A program made the position numbers and the translations under genes. The notes under the pieces are model-generated. The model made no database searches and had not been told where the DNA came from. It saw only the letters and a list, made by a program, of their open reading frames with translations. Source: an uncultured Chloroflexia bacterium (lineage in GTDB: Bacteria > Chloroflexota > Limnocylindria > Limnocylindrales > CSP1-4). Taken from it: DNA of 64,000 nucleotides. The first letter of the stretch is position 1. The number at the start of each line of letters is the position of its first letter. This document shows, one piece after another, positions 28,716 to 37,990 of the stretch. The stretch spans positions 118,847 to 182,846 of the forward strand of contig CAVZSO010000010.1 of the NCBI GenBank assembly GCA_963777975.1. The letters run 5' to 3'.

Positions 28716-30101
28716 TCAGCCCTCGGCGTCGAGCCGTGCGCGAGCGGCGCTCAGCGCCTCGCGAACGCGTTCGAGGGCCGTGCCGCCGATGACCCGAGGA
28801 CGCGCGAGGGCGGCCTCCAGCGTGGCCGCCGCACGCAGCTCATCGGGGCTGGCAGGCAGGTCGAGCAGGGTCGAGAAGGCGTCGTCGGGCAGCTCGTCGA
28901 GCCGACAGCCGCGGGACTCCGCCTCGGCCACCAGGGCGCCCACGACGCCATGCGCATCGCGGAACGGCAGGCCCCGTTCGACGAGCGTGTCGGCGACCGA
29001 GGTCGCGGTCACGTAGCCCTCGAGAGCCGCCGCGCGCATCCGTTCCGGTCGAACGGCAAGCGTGGCGATGAGGCCGGCCATGACCCGCAACGAGGACTCC
29101 AGCACCGCCATGCCATCGAGCAACGGGGCGACCGACTCCTGGAGGTCGCGCTGGTAGGCCAGCGGCAGGCCCTTGAGCGTCGCCAACAACCCCGTCAGCT
29201 GCCCGATGACGCGCCCTGCCCGACCGCGGATGAGCTCGGCCGGATCGGGGTTCTTCTTGTTCGGCATCATCGACGAGCCCGTGCTCCAGGCGTCGGCGAC
29301 CACGATCCAGCCATAGGCCGGGCTGGACCACCAGACGAGCTCCTCGGCCAGCCGGCTGAGGTGCGCCATGCACAGCGCGGCTGCGGCAAGGGCCTCGACC
29401 ACGAAGTCACGGTCGCTCACGGCATCGAGCGAGTTGGCGGTCACGCCACCGAACCCGAGCTCCGCCGCGACCGCCTCGCGATCGAGCGGGAAGCCGGCCC
29501 CGGCCAGGGCGCCCGCACCGAGCGGCGATCGGTCGGCGCGCGCCCAGGCATCCCGGAAGCGGCCCCGATCGCGCTCGAGCATCTCGACGTAGGCCAGCAG
29601 ATGGTGGGCCAGTAGGACCGGCTGAGCCGGCTGGACATGAGTCATGCCGGGCATGACCGCCTCGCCATCTCGCTCGGCACGCTCGACGAGCACCCGTTCG
29701 AGATCGAGCACGGCCCCGTCGATGACCGCCAGCGATCGTCGCAGCCAGAGCCGGAGGTCGAGGGCGACCTGGTCGTTGCGGGATCGGCCGGTATGCAGCT
29801 TGCTCGCGACCGGCCCGATACGCGCCGCGAGGGCCGCCTCGAGGTTGAGGTGGACGTCCTCGAGGCTCACATCCCAGGCGAAGGCACCCGTGGCCACCTC
29901 ATCGGCCAGACCCTCGAGCCCGGCGACGAGGGCGGCTTCCTCCTCGGGTGTCACGAGGTCGGCGCGCGCCAGTCCATGGACGTGCGCGACCGAGCCGGCC
30001 AGGTCGTCGAGCGCCAGCGCGCGGTCGACCTCGATCGAGCGCGTGAAGTCGGCGGCCAGCGGGTCGGTCTCGGCGGCAAAACGGCCGCCCCACATGCGCA
30101 T
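28716..30101 (-). CDS. argH: argininosuccinate lyase
   Basis: MRMWGGRFAAETDPL, HTGRSRNDQVALDLRLWLRR, GSSMMPNKKNPDPAEL (fumarate lyase signature). Confidence 0.85.
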   Translation of the reverse strand: MRMWGGRFAAETDPLAADFTRSIEVDRALALDDLAGSVAHVHGLARADLVTPEEEAALVAGLEGLADEVATGAFAWDVSLEDVHLNLEAALAARIGPVASKLHTGRSRNDQVALDLRLWLRRSLAVIDGAVLDLERVLVERAERDGEAVMPGMTHVQPAQPVLLAHHLLAYVEMLERDRGRFRDAWARADRSPLGAGALAGAGFPLDREAVAAELGFGGVTANSLDAVSDRDFVVEALAAAALCMAHLSRLAEELVWWSSPAYGWIVVADAWSTGSSMMPNKKNPDPAELIRGRAGRVIGQLTGLLATLKGLPLAYQRDLQESVAPLLDGMAVLESSLRVMAGLIATLAVRPERMRAAALEGYVTATSVADTLVERGLPFRDAHGVVGALVAEAESRGCRLDELPDDAFSTLLDLPASPDELRAAATLEAALARPRVIGGTALERVREALSAARARLDAEG

Positions 30102-30163
30102 CGAGTCGCGGGTCCTCCTGCTGTGGAGTGTAGGCGAGCAGTCGGGCGCCTATCCTTCGAGGC

Positions 30164-30823
30164 GTGCCCCATCTCGCGGTCATCCTTCACGACATGGGCG
30201 GACAGCTGCCCACGACCCACGACCTGGCGACGCTGGCGATCGTCGTCGTCATCGTCGCGGTCATCGCCGCCGAGGTCGTGCTGACCATCGTGCGCCGTCG
30301 GCGCGGTGGGCCAAGCGGGCCGGTCGCCGCGGCGACCTGGGGGGGCTGGGTGGCGGCGGCCTGTTCGATCGCGGCCGCCATCATCCACCTGGCGGTCATC
30401 GAGGAGCACCTCGCGGAGTACGTGCCGTTCGGCATCGCCTTCGCCCTGCTGGCCATCTTCCAGCTGGTCTGGCCGCTGGCCTACCTGCGTCGCCCGACGC
30501 GCTCGCTGGCCCTCCTGGCCGTGGCCATCAACCTCGGCGCCGTCGTCGTCTGGGTCTGGTCGCGCGGCTGGGGCCTCCCCATCGGACCGGAGCCCGGGGT
30601 CCCGGAGGCGGTCGGCCCAGCCGACGTGATCTCGTCGCTGCTCGAGATCGGCCTGGCGCTGGCCCTGGTGCCCACGATCACGGGGCGGCGGATCAAGAGC
30701 GGGGCCGCATCGGAGGCGACCGGGCTGCAACCGGCGATGGCGGTGCTGGTCATCGGTGCCGTGGCCGGTCTGGCGGCATTCGGCACGCTCGTGGCGCTCT
30801 TCAGCCTCAGTCAGCCGGCCTGA
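30164..30823 (+). CDS. hypothetical integral membrane protein (5-6 TM)
   Basis: 219 aa, strongly hydrophobic; start could be 30194. Confidence 0.4.
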   Translation: MPHLAVILHDMGGQLPTTHDLATLAIVVVIVAVIAAEVVLTIVRRRRGGPSGPVAAATWGGWVAAACSIAAAIIHLAVIEEHLAEYVPFGIAFALLAIFQLVWPLAYLRRPTRSLALLAVAINLGAVVVWVWSRGWGLPIGPEPGVPEAVGPADVISSLLEIGLALALVPTITGRRIKSGAASEATGLQPAMAVLVIGAVAGLAAFGTLVALFSLSQPA

Positions 30824-30892
30824 GCCAGCGGTCGGTTCGGCGGCGCCACTGCGGCACGTCATCAGCGACCCCCGAGCGAAGCCAAGATCCCC

Positions 30893-30914
30893 TTATTGCG
30901 ACATGCTGCAATAA
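30893..30914. promoter_or_regulatory. palindrome TTATTGC-N8-GCAATAA in AT-rich spacer 31 bp upstream of the NiCoT transporter gene; candidate metalloregulator (Nur/NikR/ArsR-type) operator
   Basis: Seen directly (ccTTATTGCgacatgctGCAATAAtgg). Confidence 0.35.
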
Positions 30915-30944
30915 TGGCCATCCGCCGAGGATCCCCGACGACCC

Positions 30945-31922
30945 ATGGCCTTCGAGCACCTGGCCGCTGAAGCCACTGCCGCCACGAGCGGCGTCGCGCT
31001 CCTGGCGACGGCGCTCGCGCTCGGGCTTCGCCACGGCATCGACTGGGATCACATCGCGGCCATCGCCGACATCACGAGCACGACCGCGGCGACGGAGGCA
31101 GCCGAGGAAGTCCATGAGTCGGTGCACGAGGTCAGCGATCCAGCCCACGAGCACACGCATGGCGGCGATCGCGAACAGGACGTCCACGTCAGCTCGCCGA
31201 CCGATCCGACCGCGACCGGCCTCCCGACCGCGATGCCGATCACGCGCCAGCGCTTCCTGGAGGATCAGCGCCGATCGATCGGCCTCGGCTCGCTGTATGC
31301 GTTCGGTCATGCTGCCGTGGTCATCGCCCTGGGACTGGCCGCGCTGACCTTCGGCGCCCTGCTGCCCTCATGGATCGATCCGATCATGGGTCGGATCGTC
31401 GGCGTGACCCTCGTCCTGCTCGGCCTCTGGGTCCTCTACTCCGCATATCGCTATGTCCGCCATGGGGCGTCGTTCCGCCTTCGCAGTCGATGGATGCTGG
31501 CCTTCGACAGCGTGCGCTACGGCTGGCGCTGGTTCGGAGCCAAGGTCCACGGCCATCGCCACGTCGAGCCCCTCGAGGCGAGCGCCTACGGAGCCAAGAC
31601 CGCGTTCACCGTCGGCGCCATCCACGGCATCGGGGCGGAGACCGGGACCCAGGTCCTGCTCATCGCGGCGCTCGGGGGCGCATCAGGGTCCGGTCTCGGC
31701 GTGCCGATGCTCTTCGCCTTCGTCCTCGGCCTGCTCATCTCCAACACCGTCATCGTCATCATCTCCGCGACGGGGTTCGTCGCCAGCCAGACCCGTCAGC
31801 GCCTGTACGTCGCGGTCGGGGTCGTGGCGGGTGTCTTCAGCCTCGTCGTCGGCGTCATCTTCCTGGCCGGCGCGGACGCCATCCTGCCGGCACTCGCCGT
31901 TCGCGCGTTTTCGGGTTCTTGA
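30945..31922 (+). CDS. NiCoT (HoxN/NixA, Pfam NicO) family nickel/cobalt transporter-like protein with His-rich loop
   Basis: LGLRHGIDWDHIAAIADIT matches the NiCoT TM2 signature HxxDxDHI. His/Glu-rich loop EEVHESVHEVSDPAHEHTHGGD. About 8 TM helices. Confidence 0.55.
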   Translation: MAFEHLAAEATAATSGVALLATALALGLRHGIDWDHIAAIADITSTTAATEAAEEVHESVHEVSDPAHEHTHGGDREQDVHVSSPTDPTATGLPTAMPITRQRFLEDQRRSIGLGSLYAFGHAAVVIALGLAALTFGALLPSWIDPIMGRIVGVTLVLLGLWVLYSAYRYVRHGASFRLRSRWMLAFDSVRYGWRWFGAKVHGHRHVEPLEASAYGAKTAFTVGAIHGIGAETGTQVLLIAALGGASGSGLGVPMLFAFVLGLLISNTVIVIISATGFVASQTRQRLYVAVGVVAGVFSLVVGVIFLAGADAILPALAVRAFSGS

Positions 31923-31968
31923 TCAACGCCCGATCCCGGCGGGCCGGCCGGACCGACCCGACCGCCAT

Positions 31969-32559
31969 CTACGCGATCCGTGCCCCGGCTTCCGCCATCG
32001 TGGCCAGCGCCCGCTCGCCATCGCCGGGCTGCAGATCGACGGCGGCGATCGCGCCGCTCAGGACGGTCGTCTCGAAGCCGAGAGTCACCGCGTCGAGGAC
32101 GGTCGCCAGGATGCAGTAGTCGGTGGCCAATCCGCCGACCACCACGCGTTCGATCCGGTGCTCCTGGAGGATGACCTCCAGATCGGTCGGTGATGTCAGC
32201 CCGGTGCGCGGGTCGCGGCAGGTGAAGCCCGAGTAGCCGTCTTCTCCGCTGATGCCCTTGTGAACGACTGGCCCAACGACCTTGAGGCGGGGGTGCAGGG
32301 CGGCCCCCCAGGTGTCGGCCACGCAATGGACTGGCCAGATGCCGCCGTCCTTGGCGAAGTGGGGTGTCGATGGCGGATGCCAGTCCTGCGTGTAGACCAC
32401 CAGCGCGCCGGCTGAAACCGCCTCGTCGATGTGCGTGTTGAGGACAGTGACTGCCGCCTCTCCACCGGCCACCGACAGGGAGCCAGCGGGATCGGCGAAG
32501 TCGTTCTGGACGTCGACGACGACGAGCGCCGTCAGGGGGTGGTAAGCCATCGTGACCAT
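31969..32559 (-). CDS. pncA: nicotinamidase/pyrazinamidase (isochorismatase family)
   Basis: ALVVVDVQNDFADPAGSLSV, YTQDWHPP, GGLATDYCILATVLDA. Start chosen at MVTMAY. Confidence 0.65.
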   Translation of the reverse strand: MVTMAYHPLTALVVVDVQNDFADPAGSLSVAGGEAAVTVLNTHIDEAVSAGALVVYTQDWHPPSTPHFAKDGGIWPVHCVADTWGAALHPRLKVVGPVVHKGISGEDGYSGFTCRDPRTGLTSPTDLEVILQEHRIERVVVGGLATDYCILATVLDAVTLGFETTVLSGAIAAVDLQPGDGERALATMAEAGARIA

Positions 32560-32669
32560 CCTACTCGACGTCCGCTGAAGTAACCGGTATGGACATCTAC
32601 ACCGGTTTCGTCTACGATGCCTCGACGATCGAGTCCGTCCCATCTCGACCGCACACGGAGCCCAGCGTG

Positions 32670-33716
32670 ATGCCTGCCAGATCCTCCTCGCCAGCCCTCC
32701 TGTGGATCGTCTTCATCGCCCTCGCCTTCGCCTGGGGCAGCTCGTACTTCTTCATCAAGGTCGGCATCGACAGCGGCCTCCAGCCGCTCACGCTCGTGGC
32801 CTGGCGACTGACCATCGGCATCCTCGGGTTGCTCGTGCTGCTGCGTCCGACGCGTTCGCGCGTTTCGCGCGAATGGCGCGTGCTGGCGCGGATCGCCGTC
32901 ATGGGCATCTTCTACGTCGCCGTCCCGTTCATGCTCATCACCTGGGCCGAACAGTCGATCGGCTCCGCCCTGGCGACCATCCTCCAGGCCCTGACGCCGC
33001 TCTTCGCCCTCGTCATCGCTGCACTCGTCCTGGAGGAGGAGCCGGTCACCATCAACAAGCTCGGCGGCCTCGTCCTCGGGTTCGGTGGTGCCGTCGTCAT
33101 CCTGGCACGACACCTGGCACCCGTGACCGGCGCTGATCCGACATCGGGGCTGACCGGGGAGCTGGCCCTCATCCTGTCCTGCGTCTCCTACGCCGGTGCG
33201 GCCGTCTTCCAGCGGCGCGCGATCGGCTCGCGGCCGCTCATCGATGACCCACTCGTCGGCCGGCGAGCGCTGCGGCCGCTGGAGATCGCGCTGCCCCAGA
33301 ACGTCGTCGCGCTGGCCATCGTCCTGCCGCTGGCCCTGATCTTCGAAACGGGCGCCGGCCTGCCGGTCCCGCCCGACGCCACCGCCTGGCTCAGCGTCGT
33401 CTGGCTGGGCTTGGTCGGTTCGGCCATCGCCTACCTGCTCTACTACCGCTTGCTCAACGCCTGGGGCGCCTACCGTGCCTCGCTCATCACCTACGCCATG
33501 CCGGTCGTCGGCATCCTGCTCGGCGTCCTGGTCCTCAACGAGATCATCGACCTGCAGACCCTCGTCGGCACGGCCATGGTCATCGGCGGCATCGCGCTGG
33601 CCAACGCACCGTTCGGTCGCCGCGTCATCTACCGCCGCGGACGGCGGCCGCCGGCGACCATCCTGCCCGCGCCGACGAGCGACGCGATCGCCAGGCAGGT
33701 GCCGGCCATCGACTGA
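32670..33716 (+). CDS. DMT superfamily (EamA-like) transporter
   Basis: 348 aa, two EamA-like halves (FAWGSSYFFIKVG...; AIAYLLYYRLLNAWGAY). Confidence 0.65.
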   Translation: MPARSSSPALLWIVFIALAFAWGSSYFFIKVGIDSGLQPLTLVAWRLTIGILGLLVLLRPTRSRVSREWRVLARIAVMGIFYVAVPFMLITWAEQSIGSALATILQALTPLFALVIAALVLEEEPVTINKLGGLVLGFGGAVVILARHLAPVTGADPTSGLTGELALILSCVSYAGAAVFQRRAIGSRPLIDDPLVGRRALRPLEIALPQNVVALAIVLPLALIFETGAGLPVPPDATAWLSVVWLGLVGSAIAYLLYYRLLNAWGAYRASLITYAMPVVGILLGVLVLNEIIDLQTLVGTAMVIGGIALANAPFGRRVIYRRGRRPPATILPAPTSDAIARQVPAID

Positions 33717-33835
33717 CCGGGGGACCGGGCCGGCTCGGCGACGGAATGATCGACCCGGCGGAACGATCGACTCGGCCCGTCGCCATCGATGCGGGAGTCC
33801 GGCCGACGCTGCTGGCTGTGATTGACGCTGTGAAC

Positions 33836-33850
33836 TGATACTCAGTATCA
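33836..33850. promoter_or_regulatory. perfect 15-bp palindrome TGATACTCAGTATCA (7-1-7) overlapping a -10 TATCAT, with -35 TTGACG at 33822-33827; candidate Zur/Fur box for the leaderless zur-zupT operon
   Basis: Seen directly. AT-rich island 9 bp upstream of the zur ATG at 33859, with 18-bp spacing between the -35 and -10. Confidence 0.45.
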
Positions 33851-33858
33851 TCGCCGAC

Positions 33859-34341
33859 ATGACACGGGCCGCGACCATCGCCCGCAGGTCGCGGACCGCA
33901 GCGACCGAGCCCGTGACCGCGCGGCTCGTGCGCGCGCTCGATGACGCCGATGTCCGGGTGACCGAGCCTCGACGCGTCGTCCTGGAGCTCGTCGCGGCGC
34001 GCGGCGGCGGCCACTTCGCCGCGGCCGACCTGGTCAGCGATGCCCGGATCCGGGGCATCCACATCGGCCGGGCGACCGTCTTCCGGACGCTCGATCTGTT
34101 CCTGGCCAGCGGCATCATCGAGCGCCTCGACCTGCCCGACGGTGAGCACGCCTATGTGGCCTGCGGCCCGAGCCACCATCACCACGTCATCTGTACCGTC
34201 TGTGGGCGGTCGACGGACGTCGACGATGGCGACCTGCGGGCCGTCACGGCCGCCGTCGAGCGGGCGACGGGCTACGCCATCGACGGTCACCGACTCGAGC
34301 TCTACGGTCGCTGCCCGATCTGCCGGGGCGGCAGGGCGTGA
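33859..34341 (+). CDS. zur: Fur family regulator, probable zinc uptake regulator
   Basis: Winged helix, HHHHVICTVCG...CPICRG zinc sites. GTGA-coupled to the downstream ZIP transporter. Confidence 0.6.
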   Translation: MTRAATIARRSRTAATEPVTARLVRALDDADVRVTEPRRVVLELVAARGGGHFAAADLVSDARIRGIHIGRATVFRTLDLFLASGIIERLDLPDGEHAYVACGPSHHHHVICTVCGRSTDVDDGDLRAVTAAVERATGYAIDGHRLELYGRCPICRGGRA

Positions 34342-35111
34342 GCCCGCTCGTCGTCCTCTTCGCGCTCCTGCCGGTCGTCAGCACGTTCCTCGGCGGCCTG
34401 GCGGTCTTCCGCCTGCGCCACCGATTGCACCCGGTGATGGCGTTCTCGGCCGGCATCCTGGTGGCCACCGCGCTGGTCGACCTGATGCCGGAAGCCCTCG
34501 AGCTGGTCGAAGCCGCAGAGCCGGCGCTGATCGTCGGCGTGGCGGCGCTGGTGGGCTTCCTGCTCTTCTCGGCGGTCGAGTCGTTCGTTCACCGCTCGAG
34601 CTACGAGCACGAGCACGAGCCTGGCGTCGACCCGCACCTGCCCCATGACCACGCCCACCGCCAACCGACCACCCGCATGGGCATCATCGGACCGCTCGGG
34701 CTGGTCGTCCACTCGGCCCTCGATGGCGTCGCCATCGGCCTCGGGTTCGCGGCCAGCGCCGAGGTCGGCATCGTCGTCGGGCTGGCGGTCATGGCCCACG
34801 ACTTCGCCGACGGCATCAACATCACGACGCTCGCCCTGGAGGGCGGCGGCAGCCGGCGGACGGCACTGACCCTGCTGGCCATCGATGCCGTGGCGGCACC
34901 CGTCGGCGCGTTCATCGGCATCACCTTGGGCGTGTCGACAGCTGTGCTGGGCATCCTGCTGGCGGTCTTCGCCGGCGTGTTCGTGGCCATCGGGGCCGGG
35001 CACCTGCTGCCCGAGGCGCAGCATCAGCGGCCGCTCCAGGCGCCGCCGCTCGTCGTCCTGGCCGCTCTTGGCGCACTCCTGGTCGTGACCATCAGGCTCC
35101 TCGCGGCCTAG
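34338..35111 (+). CDS. zupT: ZIP family metal (zinc) transporter
   Basis: HSALDGVAIGLGF, HDFADGINITT, His-rich loop HEHEPGVDPHLPHDHAH. Confidence 0.75.
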   Translation: MSPLVVLFALLPVVSTFLGGLAVFRLRHRLHPVMAFSAGILVATALVDLMPEALELVEAAEPALIVGVAALVGFLLFSAVESFVHRSSYEHEHEPGVDPHLPHDHAHRQPTTRMGIIGPLGLVVHSALDGVAIGLGFAASAEVGIVVGLAVMAHDFADGINITTLALEGGGSRRTALTLLAIDAVAAPVGAFIGITLGVSTAVLGILLAVFAGVFVAIGAGHLLPEAQHQRPLQAPPLVVLAALGALLVVTIRLLAA

Positions 35112-35119
35112 CGGGTACC

Positions 35120-36094
35120 ATGCGCGCGCCGATGATCGAGACCGACAAGGCAGCCGTGGATCCGGCCGCGCCGGGCGCCGAGACCGTCATCCGCGTCGAG
35201 GACGTGCGCAAGGCGTACGGCGACGTGCAGGCCGTCGACGGCGTCAGCTTCGAGGTCCGGCGCGGCGAGATCTTCGGGCTGCTGGGTCCCAACGGTGCGG
35301 GCAAGACCACGACGGTGGAGATGCTCGAGGGTCTGCGACGGCCGGACTCTGGCACCCTGCACGTCCTGGGCGTCGACGCCGCCCGGCACCCGGAGCGGAT
35401 CAAGCCACGCATCGGCGTCCAGCTCCAGACCGCCGCGCTCTTCCCGAACTTGACCGTCGAGGAGCTCATCGAGCTCTTCGCCAGCTTCTATCCGCGCGCG
35501 CTGCCGACGTCACAGCTGGTCGAGGCGCTCGACCTGGCCGAGAAGCGCGCGGCCCGCGTCAAGACCCTGTCGGGCGGGCAGCAGCAGCGGTTGTCCGTGG
35601 CGCTGGCGCTGGTCAACGATCCGGAGATCGTCTTCCTCGACGAGCCCAGCACGGGCATGGACCCCGCTGCCCGACGTGCGCTCTGGACCCTGATCGCCGG
35701 CCTCCGGAACGACGGCAAGACGATCCTGCTCACGACGCACTACATGGAGGAGGCGGAGGTCCTCTGCGATCGGCTGGCGATCATGGACCACGGCAAGGTC
35801 ATGGAGGAGGGCACGGTCGCCGAGCTGGTCGGTCGACGGTTCAAGGACCGCGCCGTCAGCGTCGGCGGGCTGGCCACCGTGGGACGCGAGCGGATGGCGG
35901 CCTTCCCGGGCGTCACTCGGGTGGCCGATGAGGAGGGTGAGACGATCCTCTACACGCGCGACGTGCCGGCCACGATCGGGGCGCTCCTGGCCGCCGCCGA
36001 GGAGTTCGGCGTCGAGACGGAGAACCTGCTCGTCCGGCGGCCGACGCTGGAGGACGTCTTCCTCGACCTGACCGGCCGAGCGCTGCGCGACTGA
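35120..36094 (+). CDS. ABC transporter ATP-binding protein (ABC-2/DrrA-like)
   Basis: [35 protein letters not shown]. Confidence 0.8.
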   Translation: MRAPMIETDKAAVDPAAPGAETVIRVEDVRKAYGDVQAVDGVSFEVRRGEIFGLLGPNGAGKTTTVEMLEGLRRPDSGTLHVLGVDAARHPERIKPRIGVQLQTAALFPNLTVEELIELFASFYPRALPTSQLVEALDLAEKRAARVKTLSGGQQQRLSVALALVNDPEIVFLDEPSTGMDPAARRALWTLIAGLRNDGKTILLTTHYMEEAEVLCDRLAIMDHGKVMEEGTVAELVGRRFKDRAVSVGGLATVGRERMAAFPGVTRVADEEGETILYTRDVPATIGALLAAAEEFGVETENLLVRRPTLEDVFLDLTGRALRD

Positions 36095-36102
36095 GGCCGA
36101 CG

Positions 36103-37206
36103 ATGCGCGCGCTCTGGATGCTCTCCGTCGCCAACCTCAAGAGCTTCGTGCGCGATCGCGCCGCACTCTTCTGGACGCTCGCCTTCCCGGTCATCTTCGT
36201 CGTCCTCTTCGGGACCATCTTCTCGGGTGGTCAGGCACCCTCCTACAAGGTCGGCTGGGTGGACCTCGACGGCACGCCAGCCATCGGCCAGCTCCGCTCG
36301 GCCGTCGGCCAGACGACGATCCTGGTCCCGACTGACGAGCCGGATCAGGCCGGCGCCGAGGCCGCCATGCGAGCTGGGGACATCGACGCCGTCGTCGTCG
36401 TGCCAAAGGGGCTCGGAGCCGCCATCGCCGCTGGGCAGTCGGGTCAGCCGGTCGCGCGGGTGGACCTGGTCGTCTTCACCGATCCGAGCAGTCCGAACGC
36501 GTCGGCGGCCATCACCCAGACCATGGCCGGCGTCGCCGGCGCCATGAACCTGCAGCTCACGGGGCGGACGGCGGTGCTGGGCATCCAGGCCGAGACGATC
36601 CAGGCCGAGACGCTCAACGGCGCCAGCTATTTCGTGCCCAGCATCCTGGCCATGGCGCTCATGCAGCTCGGCGTCTTCGCAGCCGTGCCGCTGGTGGCGC
36701 TGCGTGAGAAGCTCGTCCTCAAGCGCCTCTCGGCGACGCCGCTCACGCGACGGACGCTGGTCGGCGGCAACGTCTCGGTGCGCCTCGTCATCGGAGCGGT
36801 CCAAACGGCCATCATCGTCGGCATCGGGGTCACGCTGCTGAACGTGACCATCATCGGCGGACCGCTGGCGGTCGCCGGGCTCGTCGTCCTGGGCGCCCTG
36901 ACCTTCATCGCGCTCGGCTATGTCATCGCATCGTTCACCAAGACGGAAGAGGCGGCGAACGGGGTCACCCAGCTCGTCCAGGTGCCGATGATGTTCCTGT
37001 CGGGGATCTTCTTCCCGCTCGAGATCCTGCCCGAGTGGCTGCGCGGCGTGGCCATCCTGATGCCGCTGACGTACCTCGGGGATGCCCTCCGCCAGGTCAT
37101 GGTCGGCGGCATCCCGTTCGCGCCGCTACCGGTGGACGTTGCCGTGCTGGCGATCTGGATGCTCGCCTGCACCTACGTGTCCGGCCGCTTCTTCCGCTGG
37201 CAATAG
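36103..37206 (+). CDS. ABC-2 family transporter permease
   Basis: 367 aa, 6 TM; immediately follows the ATPase. Confidence 0.7.
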   Translation: MRALWMLSVANLKSFVRDRAALFWTLAFPVIFVVLFGTIFSGGQAPSYKVGWVDLDGTPAIGQLRSAVGQTTILVPTDEPDQAGAEAAMRAGDIDAVVVVPKGLGAAIAAGQSGQPVARVDLVVFTDPSSPNASAAITQTMAGVAGAMNLQLTGRTAVLGIQAETIQAETLNGASYFVPSILAMALMQLGVFAAVPLVALREKLVLKRLSATPLTRRTLVGGNVSVRLVIGAVQTAIIVGIGVTLLNVTIIGGPLAVAGLVVLGALTFIALGYVIASFTKTEEAANGVTQLVQVPMMFLSGIFFPLEILPEWLRGVAILMPLTYLGDALRQVMVGGIPFAPLPVDVAVLAIWMLACTYVSGRFFRWQ

Positions 37207-37213
37207 CACGACG

Positions 37214-37273
37214 GCGCGATGACCGGGCGCGGAACGCGATGACGGGGCGCGCGAGGCGATGACCGGGCGCCTC
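37214..37273. repeat. three tandem copies of a 20-bp unit (cgcgATGACCGGGCGCGgaa / cgcgATGACGGGGCGCGcga / ggcgATGACCGGGCGCCtct) giving three ATGs exactly 20 nt apart (37219, 37239, 37259); only the third opens the DUF72 ORF
   Basis: Seen directly in the 37206-37259 intergenic spacer. The first two ATGs open 7-codon peptides (MTGRGTR*, MTGRARR*). Confidence 0.6.
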
Positions 37274-37987
37274 TACGTGGGCACCAGTGGCTTCGGCTAC
37301 CCGGCCTGGGTGCCGCGCTTCTATCCCCCGGGCACCCGCGCCGCGGATCTGCTGCCCGCCTACGCCGCTCGGCTGGCGGCCGTCGAGCTGAACGGCACGT
37401 TCTACCGGTCGCCGACGCCAGCGACCATCGCGGGCTGGCTGGCGACCACCCCGCCCGAGTTCCGGTTCGTGGTCAAGGCCCTGCGCAGCGGCTCGCTGCG
37501 AGCCTGGGCCAGCGATCCCATCGGTGCCCTGCCCTGGCTCCTGGAGCCAGCCCGTGGCTTCGGCGAGCGGCTGGGGGCCGTGCTCTTCCGCGTCGGCGCC
37601 GAGCAGCCTCGCAACGACGAGCGCCTCGATCGGCTGCTGGCTGCCTGGCCCCGAGAGGTGCCCCTCGTGCTCGAGTTCCAGGATCCGTCCTGGGTCGACG
37701 ATGAGGTCCACGCCCGACTGCGGGCTGCCGGGACGATGCTCTGCGCGACCGACCTGCCCGAGGCCAGCGAACCGCCCACGCTGCGCCTGACGGGCCCCGC
37801 GATCTACGCGCGGCTGCGGCGCGACGACTACGAGCCGGTCGAGCTCGATGCCTGGGCCGCGCGGTTCGAGCCATTCCTGGCGACAGGCACCGATGCCTAC
37901 GTCTTCTTCAAACACGACCCGGTCGGGCGCGGCGGCGAGCTGGCCCTGGCGCTGGCTCGGCGCCTGCCGGCCTACGCTCCGAGCTGA
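37259..37987 (+). CDS. DUF72 family protein
   Basis: LYVGTSGFGYPAWVPRFYPPG...LAAVELNGTFY, the typical DUF72 N-terminus. Confidence 0.65.
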   Translation: MTGRLYVGTSGFGYPAWVPRFYPPGTRAADLLPAYAARLAAVELNGTFYRSPTPATIAGWLATTPPEFRFVVKALRSGSLRAWASDPIGALPWLLEPARGFGERLGAVLFRVGAEQPRNDERLDRLLAAWPREVPLVLEFQDPSWVDDEVHARLRAAGTMLCATDLPEASEPPTLRLTGPAIYARLRRDDYEPVELDAWAARFEPFLATGTDAYVFFKHDPVGRGGELALALARRLPAYAPS

Positions 37988-37990
37988 GGC

